Shown here in pieces: positions 30,359 through 38,965 of a stretch of 64,000 nucleotides of DNA (within the stretch, counting starts at the first letter, position 1; each line of letters opens with the position of its first letter). The notes beneath the pieces were generated by a model. The model worked only from the letters and a program-made list of their open reading frames with translations, was not told the origin of the DNA and ran no database searches. The position numbers and the translations under genes are program-made. This DNA comes from an uncultured bacterium (GTDB lineage: Bacteria > Bacillota > Clostridia > Christensenellales > QALW01): positions 3,210 through 67,209 of the forward strand of contig CAJMLN010000006.1 in NCBI GenBank assembly GCA_905214315.1, given 5' to 3'.

Positions 30359-31177
30359 CTATTCTGTAAACTCTATCCGCACGCTGCCGGTGGTGGTGTT
30401 TGCCTCCAAGAGTTTGGGTCCGTCTCCTCCGGCGGGAACGTCCCGGCGGCCGGTGGTCGTATGGCCGGTTATTTTAAAGTTTGCGGCGCTGTCATGAATC
30501 CGGCATTTAATGCTTCCGGTCGTCGTTTCGATATGCGCGCTCTCCGCCACGGCGGTCAGCTCCGCGTCAATGGCGCCGGTGGTGGTTTGCAGCTTCATGC
30601 GGTCGGCCGACGCGCCGGTAAGCGCAATTTTTCCCGTGGTGGAAACGGCCCGCAGCTCGCGGCAGGTCAGATTTTCCCCCTCTATTTTGCCGGTGGTCAT
30701 ACAGATGCGCAGCTCTCCCGCCGCGTCGATATCTTTTAGGGAAATGCCGCCGGTGGTGGCGGTAAAGGAGGCGTCCTCCGGCAGGGAAAGGCCGGAAGCG
30801 TTTATTTTTCCCGTTGTGGTTGTAATGGAAAGCCCGCCGGAATAATTTTCGGGAATACCGATGCGCAGGCTGTAATCCTTCCGGCCGAAGAGGAAATTCC
30901 AGTTGAGGCGGGGATAGTCCCGCCGGATGCGCAGGATGCCGTCCCGTTCTTCTATAACGCACTTGTCGTTTTTGTAATTCCGGTATTCCACTGTAACGGC
31001 GTCGCCCGGGCAGGCGAACAGCGTAACGTCTGCAATTTCCATTTCGGCGTCTATTTCTGTAATATTGTAAAAACTCTCCTGCATGGCTTCTTCCTCCGGC
31101 ATTTTTCCGCATCCGGTGCAGCAGCACAGGGCTGCCAGAAAAAGGGCTGCGAGCCCCGCAATTTTTATTTTACGCAT
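30359..31177 (-). CDS. DUF4097 beta-strand-repeat lipoprotein
   Basis: Lipobox LAALCCCTGC. About nine repeats of the T(T)TG.I motif (TTTGKINA, ATTGGISL, MTTGKIEG, STTGKIAL, TTTGAIDA, TTTGSIKC, TTTGSVRI). Confidence 0.7.
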   Translation of the reverse strand: MRKIKIAGLAALFLAALCCCTGCGKMPEEEAMQESFYNITEIDAEMEIADVTLFACPGDAVTVEYRNYKNDKCVIEERDGILRIRRDYPRLNWNFLFGRKDYSLRIGIPENYSGGLSITTTTGKINASGLSLPEDASFTATTGGISLKDIDAAGELRICMTTGKIEGENLTCRELRAVSTTGKIALTGASADRMKLQTTTGAIDAELTAVAESAHIETTTGSIKCRIHDSAANFKITGHTTTGRRDVPAGGDGPKLLEANTTTGSVRIEFTE

Positions 31178-31186
31178 TTCTCCTCC

Positions 31187-32080
31187 TCAGCCGTCGTTCC
31201 CCCGGCGCGGCACGGCGGTTTTCGGGGGCTCCTCCGGCGTTTGCACCGGAGAGGCGCGGCGGATGTGTTTTTTTAATTTTTTTATATTTCTTTCTATGTC
31301 GCCTAAAAAATATGACAAGGCAAAGCCGCACAGCAGAATAAAGAACGATACAAGAGTCGGAACATTGAAGCCGATTTTACAGCTTTCGTTCAGCACGCTG
31401 GGAATAATGGAGAGAAACAGGCCGAAGATCACCGAAAACGTAGCGGTGTAGAAGCGTTTGATCAGCTTGTTAATGATAAAGGAGATCACCAGCGCGCCTA
31501 TGATCAGCCCGAAGCCCGCCGGTATCAGGACGGAAAGGTTGAAATCGGCAAGTGAGCCGACATATAACTCATATAGCCCCAGCGAGGATAGAATAACCGC
31601 GCTGTCGACGCCCGGAACAATCGAGGAGCCCGCCACGGCGACGCCTAAAAGCACGGACTGGAGCAGGTTCGGGTCCGTGATAACGGGAAACAAATTTTTG
31701 TTAAAGGAAAACAAGGCAAGGCCCGCCGCGGCCGAAAGAAGGATCACTCCGTAATATTTTGGGGCAAAGCCCTCCTTTTTTACCTCTTTATAAAAAAGAG
31801 GAATCGTACCCAGCACCAGGCCCAAAAAGGCAAAGCGCGTATACATCTCAAAATGGGTCAGTAAAAAGTCTACGGCCTTGCTGAACAGCAGCGCACCGAC
31901 GCCGAAGCCTAAAAACAAAGGCGTTAAAAACAGAAGATTTTGTTTGAAATTCTTAAATAACGTGCCGATGGCCGTTATGGTTTTCTGGTATAGCCCCAAA
32001 ATAACCAGCAAAACGCTTCCGCTCAAGCCCGGCGCAATGCCGCCGAAGCCCGCAATGATGCCCTTAAAAAAATTTTTCAT
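31187..32080 (-). CDS. DUF368 family polytopic membrane protein (PopT-type undecaprenyl-phosphate translocase family)
   Basis: Start set at Met51 of the tracked ORF, after ggaggcggaaa. MKNFFKGIIAGFGGIAPGLSGSVLLVILGLY and the internal repeat GSSIVPGVDSAVILSSLGLY are DUF368 signatures. Confidence 0.78.
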   Translation of the reverse strand: MKNFFKGIIAGFGGIAPGLSGSVLLVILGLYQKTITAIGTLFKNFKQNLLFLTPLFLGFGVGALLFSKAVDFLLTHFEMYTRFAFLGLVLGTIPLFYKEVKKEGFAPKYYGVILLSAAAGLALFSFNKNLFPVITDPNLLQSVLLGVAVAGSSIVPGVDSAVILSSLGLYELYVGSLADFNLSVLIPAGFGLIIGALVISFIINKLIKRFYTATFSVIFGLFLSIIPSVLNESCKIGFNVPTLVSFFILLCGFALSYFLGDIERNIKKLKKHIRRASPVQTPEEPPKTAVPRRGNDG

Positions 32081-32293
32081 TTTCCGCCTCCATTTCTGCT
32101 TTTTAACATATAGAAAAAAACCGGTGAATATAACCTGTATTTTTAAGGAAAAGGAAATTTTCCGCCGTACTCTTGCCCACCGGCGGGGCGGCAGAAGGAG
32201 AATTTGCCTTTTGCCGGTGCAGTGACGCATTTCCGGGCAAATTAATCTCTCTGACCTTCGGGGGGCTTTAGCCGCGCCGGTTTTTTTATTCTG

Positions 32294-32322
32294 AAAAAAC
32301 AGCCTGCCGGAGAGCGGCGCTG
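32294..32322 (-). terminator. candidate intrinsic terminator after metA
   Basis: On the minus strand: cagcgccg..cggcaggctg stem followed by UUUUUU. Confidence 0.45.
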
Positions 32323-32418
32323 AAAATTTGCGTTTTTTGAAAAAATCTGTCCCGGCATGAAAGGAAACGGCAGCTTTGCTTCCTGCGGGGCGCGCCGGGC
32401 TTTGTTGCCGTGCGCCTG

Positions 32419-33336
32419 TTACCGAATTGTGCTGATATCATAGGGCGTGGTCTGATACACAAAGTAGTTCAGCCAGTTGGAATACAGCAGATTGGCGTGC
32501 GCGCGCCAGGTAACCACGGGCGGATTTTTCGGATCGTCGTTTAAAAAATAGTTTTTCGGCACCTGAATATCCAGCCCGGCCTTTACGTCCCGCTCATATT
32601 CCTTTTTCAGCGTGTCGGCGTTATACTCGGGGTGGCCCATGATAAAAATCTGCTTGCCGTTTTCGGTAAACACCGCGTAAACGCCGGCCTCCTTGGAGGA
32701 CGCTAAAATTTTAAGCGCGGGGACTTTTTCAATATCCTCCCGCGCCACGGTGGTGTGGCGGGAGTGCGGCACATAGAACACGTCGTCAAAACCGCGGAAG
32801 AGAATGGCTTTTTTATAGTCCAGCGTATGGGGAAAGATGCCGAACATCTTTTTTTCAAGGGGCTGCTTCTGAATGCCGTAATGGTAATACAGCCCGGCCT
32901 GCGCGCCCCAGCAGATGTGCAGCGTGCTGGTGACGTTGGTCTTGCTCCACTCCATGATACCGCAGAGCTCCTGCCAGTAGTTCACATCCTCAAAGGGCAT
33001 GTTCTCCACCGGCGCGCCGGTGATAATCAGCCCGTCGAATTTCTGGTCCTTTACATCCTCAAACACCTTATAAAAGGCCAAAAGATGTTCCTGCGAAATA
33101 TTGGCCGAAACGTGAGACTGCGTATGCAAAAGCGTCAGCTCCACCTGCAGGGGCGTATTGCCCAAAAGGCGGGAAAGCTGGGTTTCGGTATCGATTTTCA
33201 GCGGCATTAAATTTAAAAGCGCTACCTTCAGCGGCCGGATATCCTGCGTAATGGCGCGGGTTTCGGTCATAACAAAGATATTCTCCTCCAGCAGCGTCTT
33301 TACCGCGGGCAGATCGTTGGGTATTTTAATGGGCAT
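32419..33336 (-). CDS. metA: homoserine O-acyltransferase (MetA family)
   Basis: [11 protein letters not shown]...[32 protein letters not shown]. Confidence 0.92.
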   Translation of the reverse strand: MPIKIPNDLPAVKTLLEENIFVMTETRAITQDIRPLKVALLNLMPLKIDTETQLSRLLGNTPLQVELTLLHTQSHVSANISQEHLLAFYKVFEDVKDQKFDGLIITGAPVENMPFEDVNYWQELCGIMEWSKTNVTSTLHICWGAQAGLYYHYGIQKQPLEKKMFGIFPHTLDYKKAILFRGFDDVFYVPHSRHTTVAREDIEKVPALKILASSKEAGVYAVFTENGKQIFIMGHPEYNADTLKKEYERDVKAGLDIQVPKNYFLNDDPKNPPVVTWRAHANLLYSNWLNYFVYQTTPYDISTIR

Positions 33337-33351
33337 ACAAAGCCCCCTCCT

Positions 33352-34635
33352 TTATACGGTTTCCAAGGCCTGGGCGATATCATCAATCAAATCCTGCGCG
33401 TTTTCCAGTCCGCAGGAGAAACGCACCAAATCACCTGAAACGCCCGCGGCCAGAAGCTCCTCGTCGTTCATCTGGCGGTGGGTGGCGCTGGCCGGGTGCA
33501 GGCAGCAGGTGCGCGCGTCGGCCACGTGGGTTTCAACGGCGGCGATGCGCAGCCGCTTCATAAATGCCTCAGCTGCCTTTCTTCCGCCCTTTACGCCAAA
33601 GCTGACAACGCCGCAGGTGCCGCCGGGCATGTATTTCTGCGCCAGTGCGTAATACGCGTTCCCCTCCAGCCCCGGATAGTTGACCCAGGCGATTTTTTCA
33701 TGGCTCTGCAAAAAGCGGGCGACGGCCAGGGCGTTTGCGCAGTGGCGCTCCATCCGCACGTGCAGGCTTTCCAGCCCCAAATTCAGCAAAAAGGCGTTTT
33801 GGGGGGATTGAATCGAGCCAAAATCGCGCATCAGCTGTACGGTGGCCTTGGTGATAAACGCGCCGGCCAAACCAAAGCGCTCGGTATAGGTAACGCCGTG
33901 GTAGCTCTCGTCCGGCGTACACAGGCCGGGGAATTTTTCCGCCTGCGCCGTCCAGTCAAATTTACCGGAATCCACAATGCAGCCGCCTACGCCCGCGCCG
34001 TGGCCGTCCATATACTTGGTGGTGGAATGGGTCACGATATCGGCGCCCCATTCAAAGGGGCGACAGTTGAAAGGCGTGGCAAAGGTATTGTCCACAATCA
34101 GCGGCACGCCGTGCCGGTGCGCGGCGGACGCGAATTTTTCAATATCTAATACCGTAAGGGCGGGGTTGGCGATCGTTTCGCCGAACACGGCCTTGGTTTC
34201 GGGGCGGAAGGCCGCCTCCAGCTCCTCCTCGGTGCAGTCGGGGGAAACAAAGGTAAACTCGATGCCCATACGCTTCATCGTTACGGCAAACAGATTATAG
34301 GTGCCGCCGTAAATGGTGGAGGAGGATACGATGTGATCGCCGCAGGAGGCGATGTTGAAAACGGCGTAGAAATTGGCCGCCTGGCCGGAGGAGGTGAGCA
34401 TGGCTGCGGTGCCGCCCTCTAATTCGCAGATCTTTGCCGCCACATGGTCGTTGGTGGGGTTCTGCAGGCGGGTATAGAAATAGCCGCTGGCCTCTAAATC
34501 AAACAGCTTGCCCATATCCTCGCTGGTATCGTATTTAAAGGTAGTGCTCTGGATAATGGGAATCTGGCGCGGCTGTCCGTTCTCCGGACGGTAGCCGCCC
34601 TGTACGCATTTGGTTTCGATTCTGGTCTGGCTCAT
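33352..34635 (-). CDS. metY: O-acetylhomoserine sulfhydrylase / aminocarboxypropyltransferase (PLP)
   Basis: Start at Met22 of the tracked ORF, after aggagg. QNPTNDHVAAKICELEGG, SSTIYGGTYNLF, and the PLP-lysine region HSTTKYMDGHG. Confidence 0.92.
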   Translation of the reverse strand: MSQTRIETKCVQGGYRPENGQPRQIPIIQSTTFKYDTSEDMGKLFDLEASGYFYTRLQNPTNDHVAAKICELEGGTAAMLTSSGQAANFYAVFNIASCGDHIVSSSTIYGGTYNLFAVTMKRMGIEFTFVSPDCTEEELEAAFRPETKAVFGETIANPALTVLDIEKFASAAHRHGVPLIVDNTFATPFNCRPFEWGADIVTHSTTKYMDGHGAGVGGCIVDSGKFDWTAQAEKFPGLCTPDESYHGVTYTERFGLAGAFITKATVQLMRDFGSIQSPQNAFLLNLGLESLHVRMERHCANALAVARFLQSHEKIAWVNYPGLEGNAYYALAQKYMPGGTCGVVSFGVKGGRKAAEAFMKRLRIAAVETHVADARTCCLHPASATHRQMNDEELLAAGVSGDLVRFSCGLENAQDLIDDIAQALETV

Positions 34636-34648
34636 GTTTTTTCCTCCT

Positions 34649-34692
34649 AAAAAAATAAATACCCGTCGCAAAGCAACCCCTTGCGGCAGGCC
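34649..34692 (-). terminator. leader (attenuator-type) intrinsic terminator between the promoter and the metY RBS
   Basis: Minus-strand RNA CCUGCCGCAAgggguugcUUUGCGACGGG followed by UAUUUAUUUUUUU, then AGGAGG and AUG. Confidence 0.6.
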
Positions 34693-34770
34693 GTTCAAAA
34701 CAGCTTTGGATAAAAGCGCCGGAAAAGCTCCCTGTTCTGTTTTTTGCGGTTTTTTCCGCAGTGCACTTTT

Positions 34771-34798
34771 ATTATATCCATTCAGGAGGATTTGTCAA
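34771..34798 (-). promoter_or_regulatory. sigma-A type promoter TTGACA-N16-TATAAT for metY-metA
   Basis: Read on the minus strand: ttgacaaatcctcctgaatggatataat. Confidence 0.55.
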
Positions 34799-34824
34799 CA
34801 GGAACGTCGGTTTGCGGCAGGGGA

Positions 34825-34860
34825 CAAAAGCAGCCGGAAACAGAACGATGTTTCCGGCTA
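34825..34860 (-). terminator. intrinsic terminator after the GH4 gene
   Basis: agccggaaa / tttccggct 9-bp stem with a 10-nt loop. On the minus strand it is followed by GCUUUUGU. Confidence 0.6.
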
Positions 34861-34883
34861 TTTTTTATTTCCGCGGCGCGGGG

Positions 34884-36197
34884 TTATGTATAGTCGCCTA
34901 AAAATGCGTGGTTGGCCTCAAACAGCTCGTCGACCATCCGGCGGATCTCCTCCAGGCTGCATACTGCCGAGGAGAGCGGGTCCATGTATACGGCCTGATA
35001 GACCATCTCCCGGCTCTTTTTCACGGCTGCTTCCACCGTCAGGCTTTCGATGCGGGCGGTGGTGTTTACCAGTATGGCTAAATGGGCCGGCAGGGGACCG
35101 GCCATCGTCGGCCTAAAGCCCATATAATCCGAAACCACAGGAATTTCCACGCAGGCGTCCGCCGGCAGGTTGGGAATAGACCCGTTGTTGAGTACATTGC
35201 CGTTGAATACAAAGGGCTTGCCGTCGCCTAAGCGGGAATTGAAAATATCCGCCGCGTATTCCGGGCTTTTGTTTGGATCCACCTCTTTGGCCAGAAACTC
35301 CTCGTATTGTTTTTTCCAGTTTTTCTGGCGTTCCAGCCGCAGGTTGAGGGAAAACGCGTATTCTCCCGGATTCCAGCCCGTGGAGTGGGTGCAGTATTTT
35401 TCAATCAGGTCCGGGCGCTTGCGGAACCATTGGTTATATTCGGAATTATGGCCGCTGGACTCGGTAGGATAATATCCCAGCTTTAAAAACATTTCGTTGC
35501 GCACCTGTTCCCTGTTATAGTATTCTTCATCCTCTAAAAGCTTGCGAAGCCGGGGGTACAGATCCTGTCCGTTGTGCTCCAGTCTTGTATAAAATGCCTG
35601 ATGGTTTACACCCATGCACTGATATACCACCTCCTGCTCCGGTACGTTCAGCCACTGGCAGAGCATCCGTATCGTTCCCTGTACGCTGTGGCACAGCCCT
35701 GTTACCTCTACGCCGCTGTATTTCTGCATTGCGCCGCACAGCATGGCCATGGGGTTGGTATAATTCAAAAAAACGGCATGCGGACAGTATTTTTCGATAT
35801 CCCGGCAGATCTCCAGCATCAGCGGAATATTGCGCAGGGCCCGGAAAATGCCCGAAACGCTGCGGGTATCGCCTACGTTGATATCTACGCCGTATTTTTT
35901 GGGGATTTCGATATCATACCTCCAGATATCGATATCGCCGTTGAAGACGGTGCACAGCACTCCATCGGCGTCCTTTAAGGCCGCTGCACGGTCCATGGTG
36001 GGAACAATCCGGCATCGGGGACACTGCATGGTTTGGGTAATTTTTTCACAGATCTTTGTGATATAGTCCAAATGCGCTTTATTGATGTCCATCAGGCGGA
36101 TTTCACATTCTTCAAAAGCGGGAAATGTCAGCAGATCCCGCACGCAGCTGGTGGTGAACTGCAGGCTTCCCGCACCGATCAAAGCAAATTTTTTCAT
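34884..36197 (-). CDS. GH4 NAD/Mn-dependent glycosidase (alpha-glucosidase / alpha-galactosidase type)
   Basis: MKKFALIGAGS.QFT Rossmann N-terminus. FLNYTNPMAM and TGLCHSVQGT are GH4 signatures. Confidence 0.85.
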   Translation of the reverse strand: MKKFALIGAGSLQFTTSCVRDLLTFPAFEECEIRLMDINKAHLDYITKICEKITQTMQCPRCRIVPTMDRAAALKDADGVLCTVFNGDIDIWRYDIEIPKKYGVDINVGDTRSVSGIFRALRNIPLMLEICRDIEKYCPHAVFLNYTNPMAMLCGAMQKYSGVEVTGLCHSVQGTIRMLCQWLNVPEQEVVYQCMGVNHQAFYTRLEHNGQDLYPRLRKLLEDEEYYNREQVRNEMFLKLGYYPTESSGHNSEYNQWFRKRPDLIEKYCTHSTGWNPGEYAFSLNLRLERQKNWKKQYEEFLAKEVDPNKSPEYAADIFNSRLGDGKPFVFNGNVLNNGSIPNLPADACVEIPVVSDYMGFRPTMAGPLPAHLAILVNTTARIESLTVEAAVKKSREMVYQAVYMDPLSSAVCSLEEIRRMVDELFEANHAFLGDYT

Positions 36198-36333
36198 GAT
36201 AGTTACCTCCTATACTTTAGGATACTGCCTGCCGGTAAAAATGAAAATAGAAGATTTTGCTGTTTTTATGGATTTTCCTGCTATTGACAAATTTGCCTTT
36301 CCCGTGATATCCTGTAAAAGCGGAGGTGGACTT

Positions 36334-37134
36334 ATGGAAAAAAACGTATACACCAATGAGAATTTAACCAATTTTCCTTCTGAGGAATATTTTCATATCA
36401 ACAGCTGTGGAATGCAGAATAACCACAAAAATCACTTTACGATCCTTCGGCGGGAGGGGAGGGTGGATTTCCACATCCTCTATATTATAAAGGGCAGCCT
36501 TACCGTTGTCTATGCGGGAAGGGAAGAAACGCTTTTGCCTGGGAATTTTGTTTTGTATCCGCCGGGAATGCTGCAGAGGTATACCTTTCCCGGGGAAGTG
36601 GAAACCGTGACGTTTTGGGTACATTTTACCGGCCGCACCGTCCCGGAAATTTTGGACGGGCTGCATTTGAAAGGGGGAGTTTACGCCAAGCGGTTTTATA
36701 TAGAGGAGACCCGGCTGCGGAGCATTGTGGAAAAATTCAAGCGGGAGGGCTTTGAGGCAAACGGTGAGCTTTTGTATTTTCTGCATCTGCTGGCGCAGCA
36801 AAACAAAGAGCAGCCTTCTGTACGAGGGCTCGACAGCCTGCTTCCGGCCCTACTGCATATGGAAACGCTGCAAAAATGCACTGTGGCGGAGTGCGCGGCC
36901 CTCTGCGCGATGAGCGAGAGTCGGTTTTCCCATCTTTTCAGGCAGACGATGGGTGTTTCGCCGCATCAGTATTTCTTAAAACTGCGGCTGGAGCAGGCGC
37001 GGAACTATTTGCGGGATTCTGACCTGAGCGTTGCCCAGATCGCCCAGCTGACGGGCTTTGAGGACGCCCTGTATTTCAGCCGGCTGTTTAAAAAATACTA
37101 TGGGGTTTCTCCCTCTCTTTACCGCGGAAAATAG
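36334..37134 (+). CDS. AraC family transcriptional regulator (cupin + HTH), divergent from the GH4 gene
   Basis: Start at ATG 36334, after ggaggtggactt. C-terminal VAQIAQLTGFEDALYFSRLFKKYYGVSPSLYR. Confidence 0.85.
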   Translation: MEKNVYTNENLTNFPSEEYFHINSCGMQNNHKNHFTILRREGRVDFHILYIIKGSLTVVYAGREETLLPGNFVLYPPGMLQRYTFPGEVETVTFWVHFTGRTVPEILDGLHLKGGVYAKRFYIEETRLRSIVEKFKREGFEANGELLYFLHLLAQQNKEQPSVRGLDSLLPALLHMETLQKCTVAECAALCAMSESRFSHLFRQTMGVSPHQYFLKLRLEQARNYLRDSDLSVAQIAQLTGFEDALYFSRLFKKYYGVSPSLYRGK

Positions 37135-37214
37135 AATTTGCGCTTTTTACAAGAAAAAACAGGGGATGCGTTTTTTCCTCCTGTTTTTACGTTGCAGCTG
37201 ATGTCAGCCTGTTT

Positions 37215-37541
37215 TTACCGGCGTTCTTTTTTGGGAAAAACACCTTCGGTTTTTGCTTCTTCCAGTCTTTCGGCCAGCCGTTCCAGAATTTTTTGAGCCT
37301 TTTCCTGGGGAAGAATTCCGTATTCGGCGGATTTTTCGATCAACTGGCGCTCGGCGGCGAGCTTATCCTCCAAAATGGACAAAAGCTCGTCCTTTTGCTC
37401 CTGGGGCAATTCCTCCCAGTTCTGCTCGGCGGGCGCATAGGCGGGCGCGGCCGAAGAGGTGAGCATCAGCCCGATGCAGGCAAAGGCCAGAAGCGCGCAG
37501 GTAAGCGCAATATATAAACGGTTGTTTACCATATAAAACAT
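37215..37541 (-). CDS. small hypothetical secreted or anchored helical protein
   Basis: One hydrophobic N-terminal segment (LYIALTCALLAFACIGLMLTSSAAPA), then a charged helical region. The start is ambiguous (37541 or 37532). No family assigned. Confidence 0.45.
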   Translation of the reverse strand: MFYMVNNRLYIALTCALLAFACIGLMLTSSAAPAYAPAEQNWEELPQEQKDELLSILEDKLAAERQLIEKSAEYGILPQEKAQKILERLAERLEEAKTEGVFPKKERR

Positions 37542-37685
37542 CCTTTCCTTTTTTTCTGTTTTTATTTTTTCCGCAATCACAAAAAATATCAAAGCAAAAA
37601 TTGACAAATTTTCTCTTCCGCTGTCTTCTGCTTTTCGCCCGCGCCGGAGAACAGTGCGGCTTTGGAAAGAAATACCGTGCTCTGC

Positions 37686-37714
37686 TTGCTTTTTCAAAGG
37701 CTTTGTTGTATAAT
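37686..37714 (+). promoter_or_regulatory. candidate promoter TTGCTT-N17-TATAAT for metK
   Basis: Read directly. It leaves a leader of only about 50 nt before metK. Confidence 0.45.
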
Positions 37715-37770
37715 GTAACAGAATATAAAAATTTATGGAACATTGTTTGTTTGCAGAGCGGAGGATTATT

Positions 37771-38955
37771 ATGGCAAAGCATTTTTTTTCATCGGAATCT
37801 GTTACCGAGGGGCATCCGGATAAGATCTGCGATCAGATCTCTGACGCGATTCTGGACGCAATTTATAAAGAAGATCCCTATGCGCGCGTGGCCTGCGAGG
37901 TCTGCTGCACTACGGGGCTGATCCTTGTTATGGGCGAGATTTCCACAACGGCTCAGCTGGACGTACAGCAAACTGCGCGGCAGGTGGTGCTGGATATCGG
38001 CTATGACCGGGCCAAATACGGCTTTGACGGCCATACCTGCGGCGTGATCACTGCGCTGGACAAGCAGTCGCCGGATATTTCCATGGGCGTCAGCCAGGCG
38101 CTGGAGCAGAAAAACGGCGAGAGCGACGCGAAATTTTCCACCGGCGCGGGAGATCAGGGCATTATTTTCGGCTATGCCTGCAACGAGACGAAAGAACTGA
38201 TGCCGCTGCCGATTTCCCTGGCGCATCAGCTGGCCAAGCAGCTGACGAAGGTCCGCAAGGACGGTACGCTCGGCTACCTGCGTCCCGACGGCAAGACCCA
38301 GGTGACGGTGGAATACGATAACGGCGTGCCTGTGCGGGTGGACGCGGTGGTCGTATCCTCTCAGCATGCGCCGGAGGCGGAAATGGAGCAGATCCGCCGG
38401 GATATTATCGAGCATGTGATAAAGCCCGTGATTCCCGCGCAGATGATGGATGAAAATACAAAATTCTTTATCAATCCCACCGGCCGATTCGTTATCGGCG
38501 GCCCGCAGGGGGACAGCGGCCTGACGGGGCGCAAAATCATCGTGGATACCTACGGCGGCTATTCCCGCCACGGCGGCGGCGCGTTCTCGGGCAAGGATCC
38601 CACCAAGGTAGACCGCAGCGCGGCCTATTTTGCCCGGTATATCGCCAAAAACATCGTGGCCTCGGGCGCGGCGGAAAAATGCGAGGTGCAGCTGGCCTAC
38701 GCCATCGGCGTGGCGCGGCCGGTCTCGGTGCTGGTGGAAACGTTCGGTACGGCAAAGGCTCCGGAGGAGAAGATCGCCGGCGCGGTAAACGCCCTCTTTG
38801 ATATGCGGCCCGACGCGATTATTGAAAAACTGGAGCTTCGCCGGCCGATCTACCGGCCCTTGGCGGCCTACGGACATATGGGCCGGGAGGAGCTGGGCGT
38901 AAAATGGGAGAATACCGACATGGCGCAGAGCATAAAAGAGTATTTGGGGATGTAA
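37771..38955 (+). CDS. metK: S-adenosylmethionine synthetase
   Basis: [56 protein letters not shown]. Confidence 0.97.
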   Translation: MAKHFFSSESVTEGHPDKICDQISDAILDAIYKEDPYARVACEVCCTTGLILVMGEISTTAQLDVQQTARQVVLDIGYDRAKYGFDGHTCGVITALDKQSPDISMGVSQALEQKNGESDAKFSTGAGDQGIIFGYACNETKELMPLPISLAHQLAKQLTKVRKDGTLGYLRPDGKTQVTVEYDNGVPVRVDAVVVSSQHAPEAEMEQIRRDIIEHVIKPVIPAQMMDENTKFFINPTGRFVIGGPQGDSGLTGRKIIVDTYGGYSRHGGGAFSGKDPTKVDRSAAYFARYIAKNIVASGAAEKCEVQLAYAIGVARPVSVLVETFGTAKAPEEKIAGAVNALFDMRPDAIIEKLELRRPIYRPLAAYGHMGREELGVKWENTDMAQSIKEYLGM

Positions 38956-38965
38956 GGAGAAGAAT

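Noticed and set aside
37542-37770. Expected SAM (S-box) riboswitch upstream of metK.
   Set aside because: I found no S-box core sequence. The best promoter candidate (37686-37714) leaves only about 50 nt of leader, with no terminator hairpin. A hairpin at about 37618-37660 (ccgctgt..acagtgcgg) has no U-run and matches no known motif.
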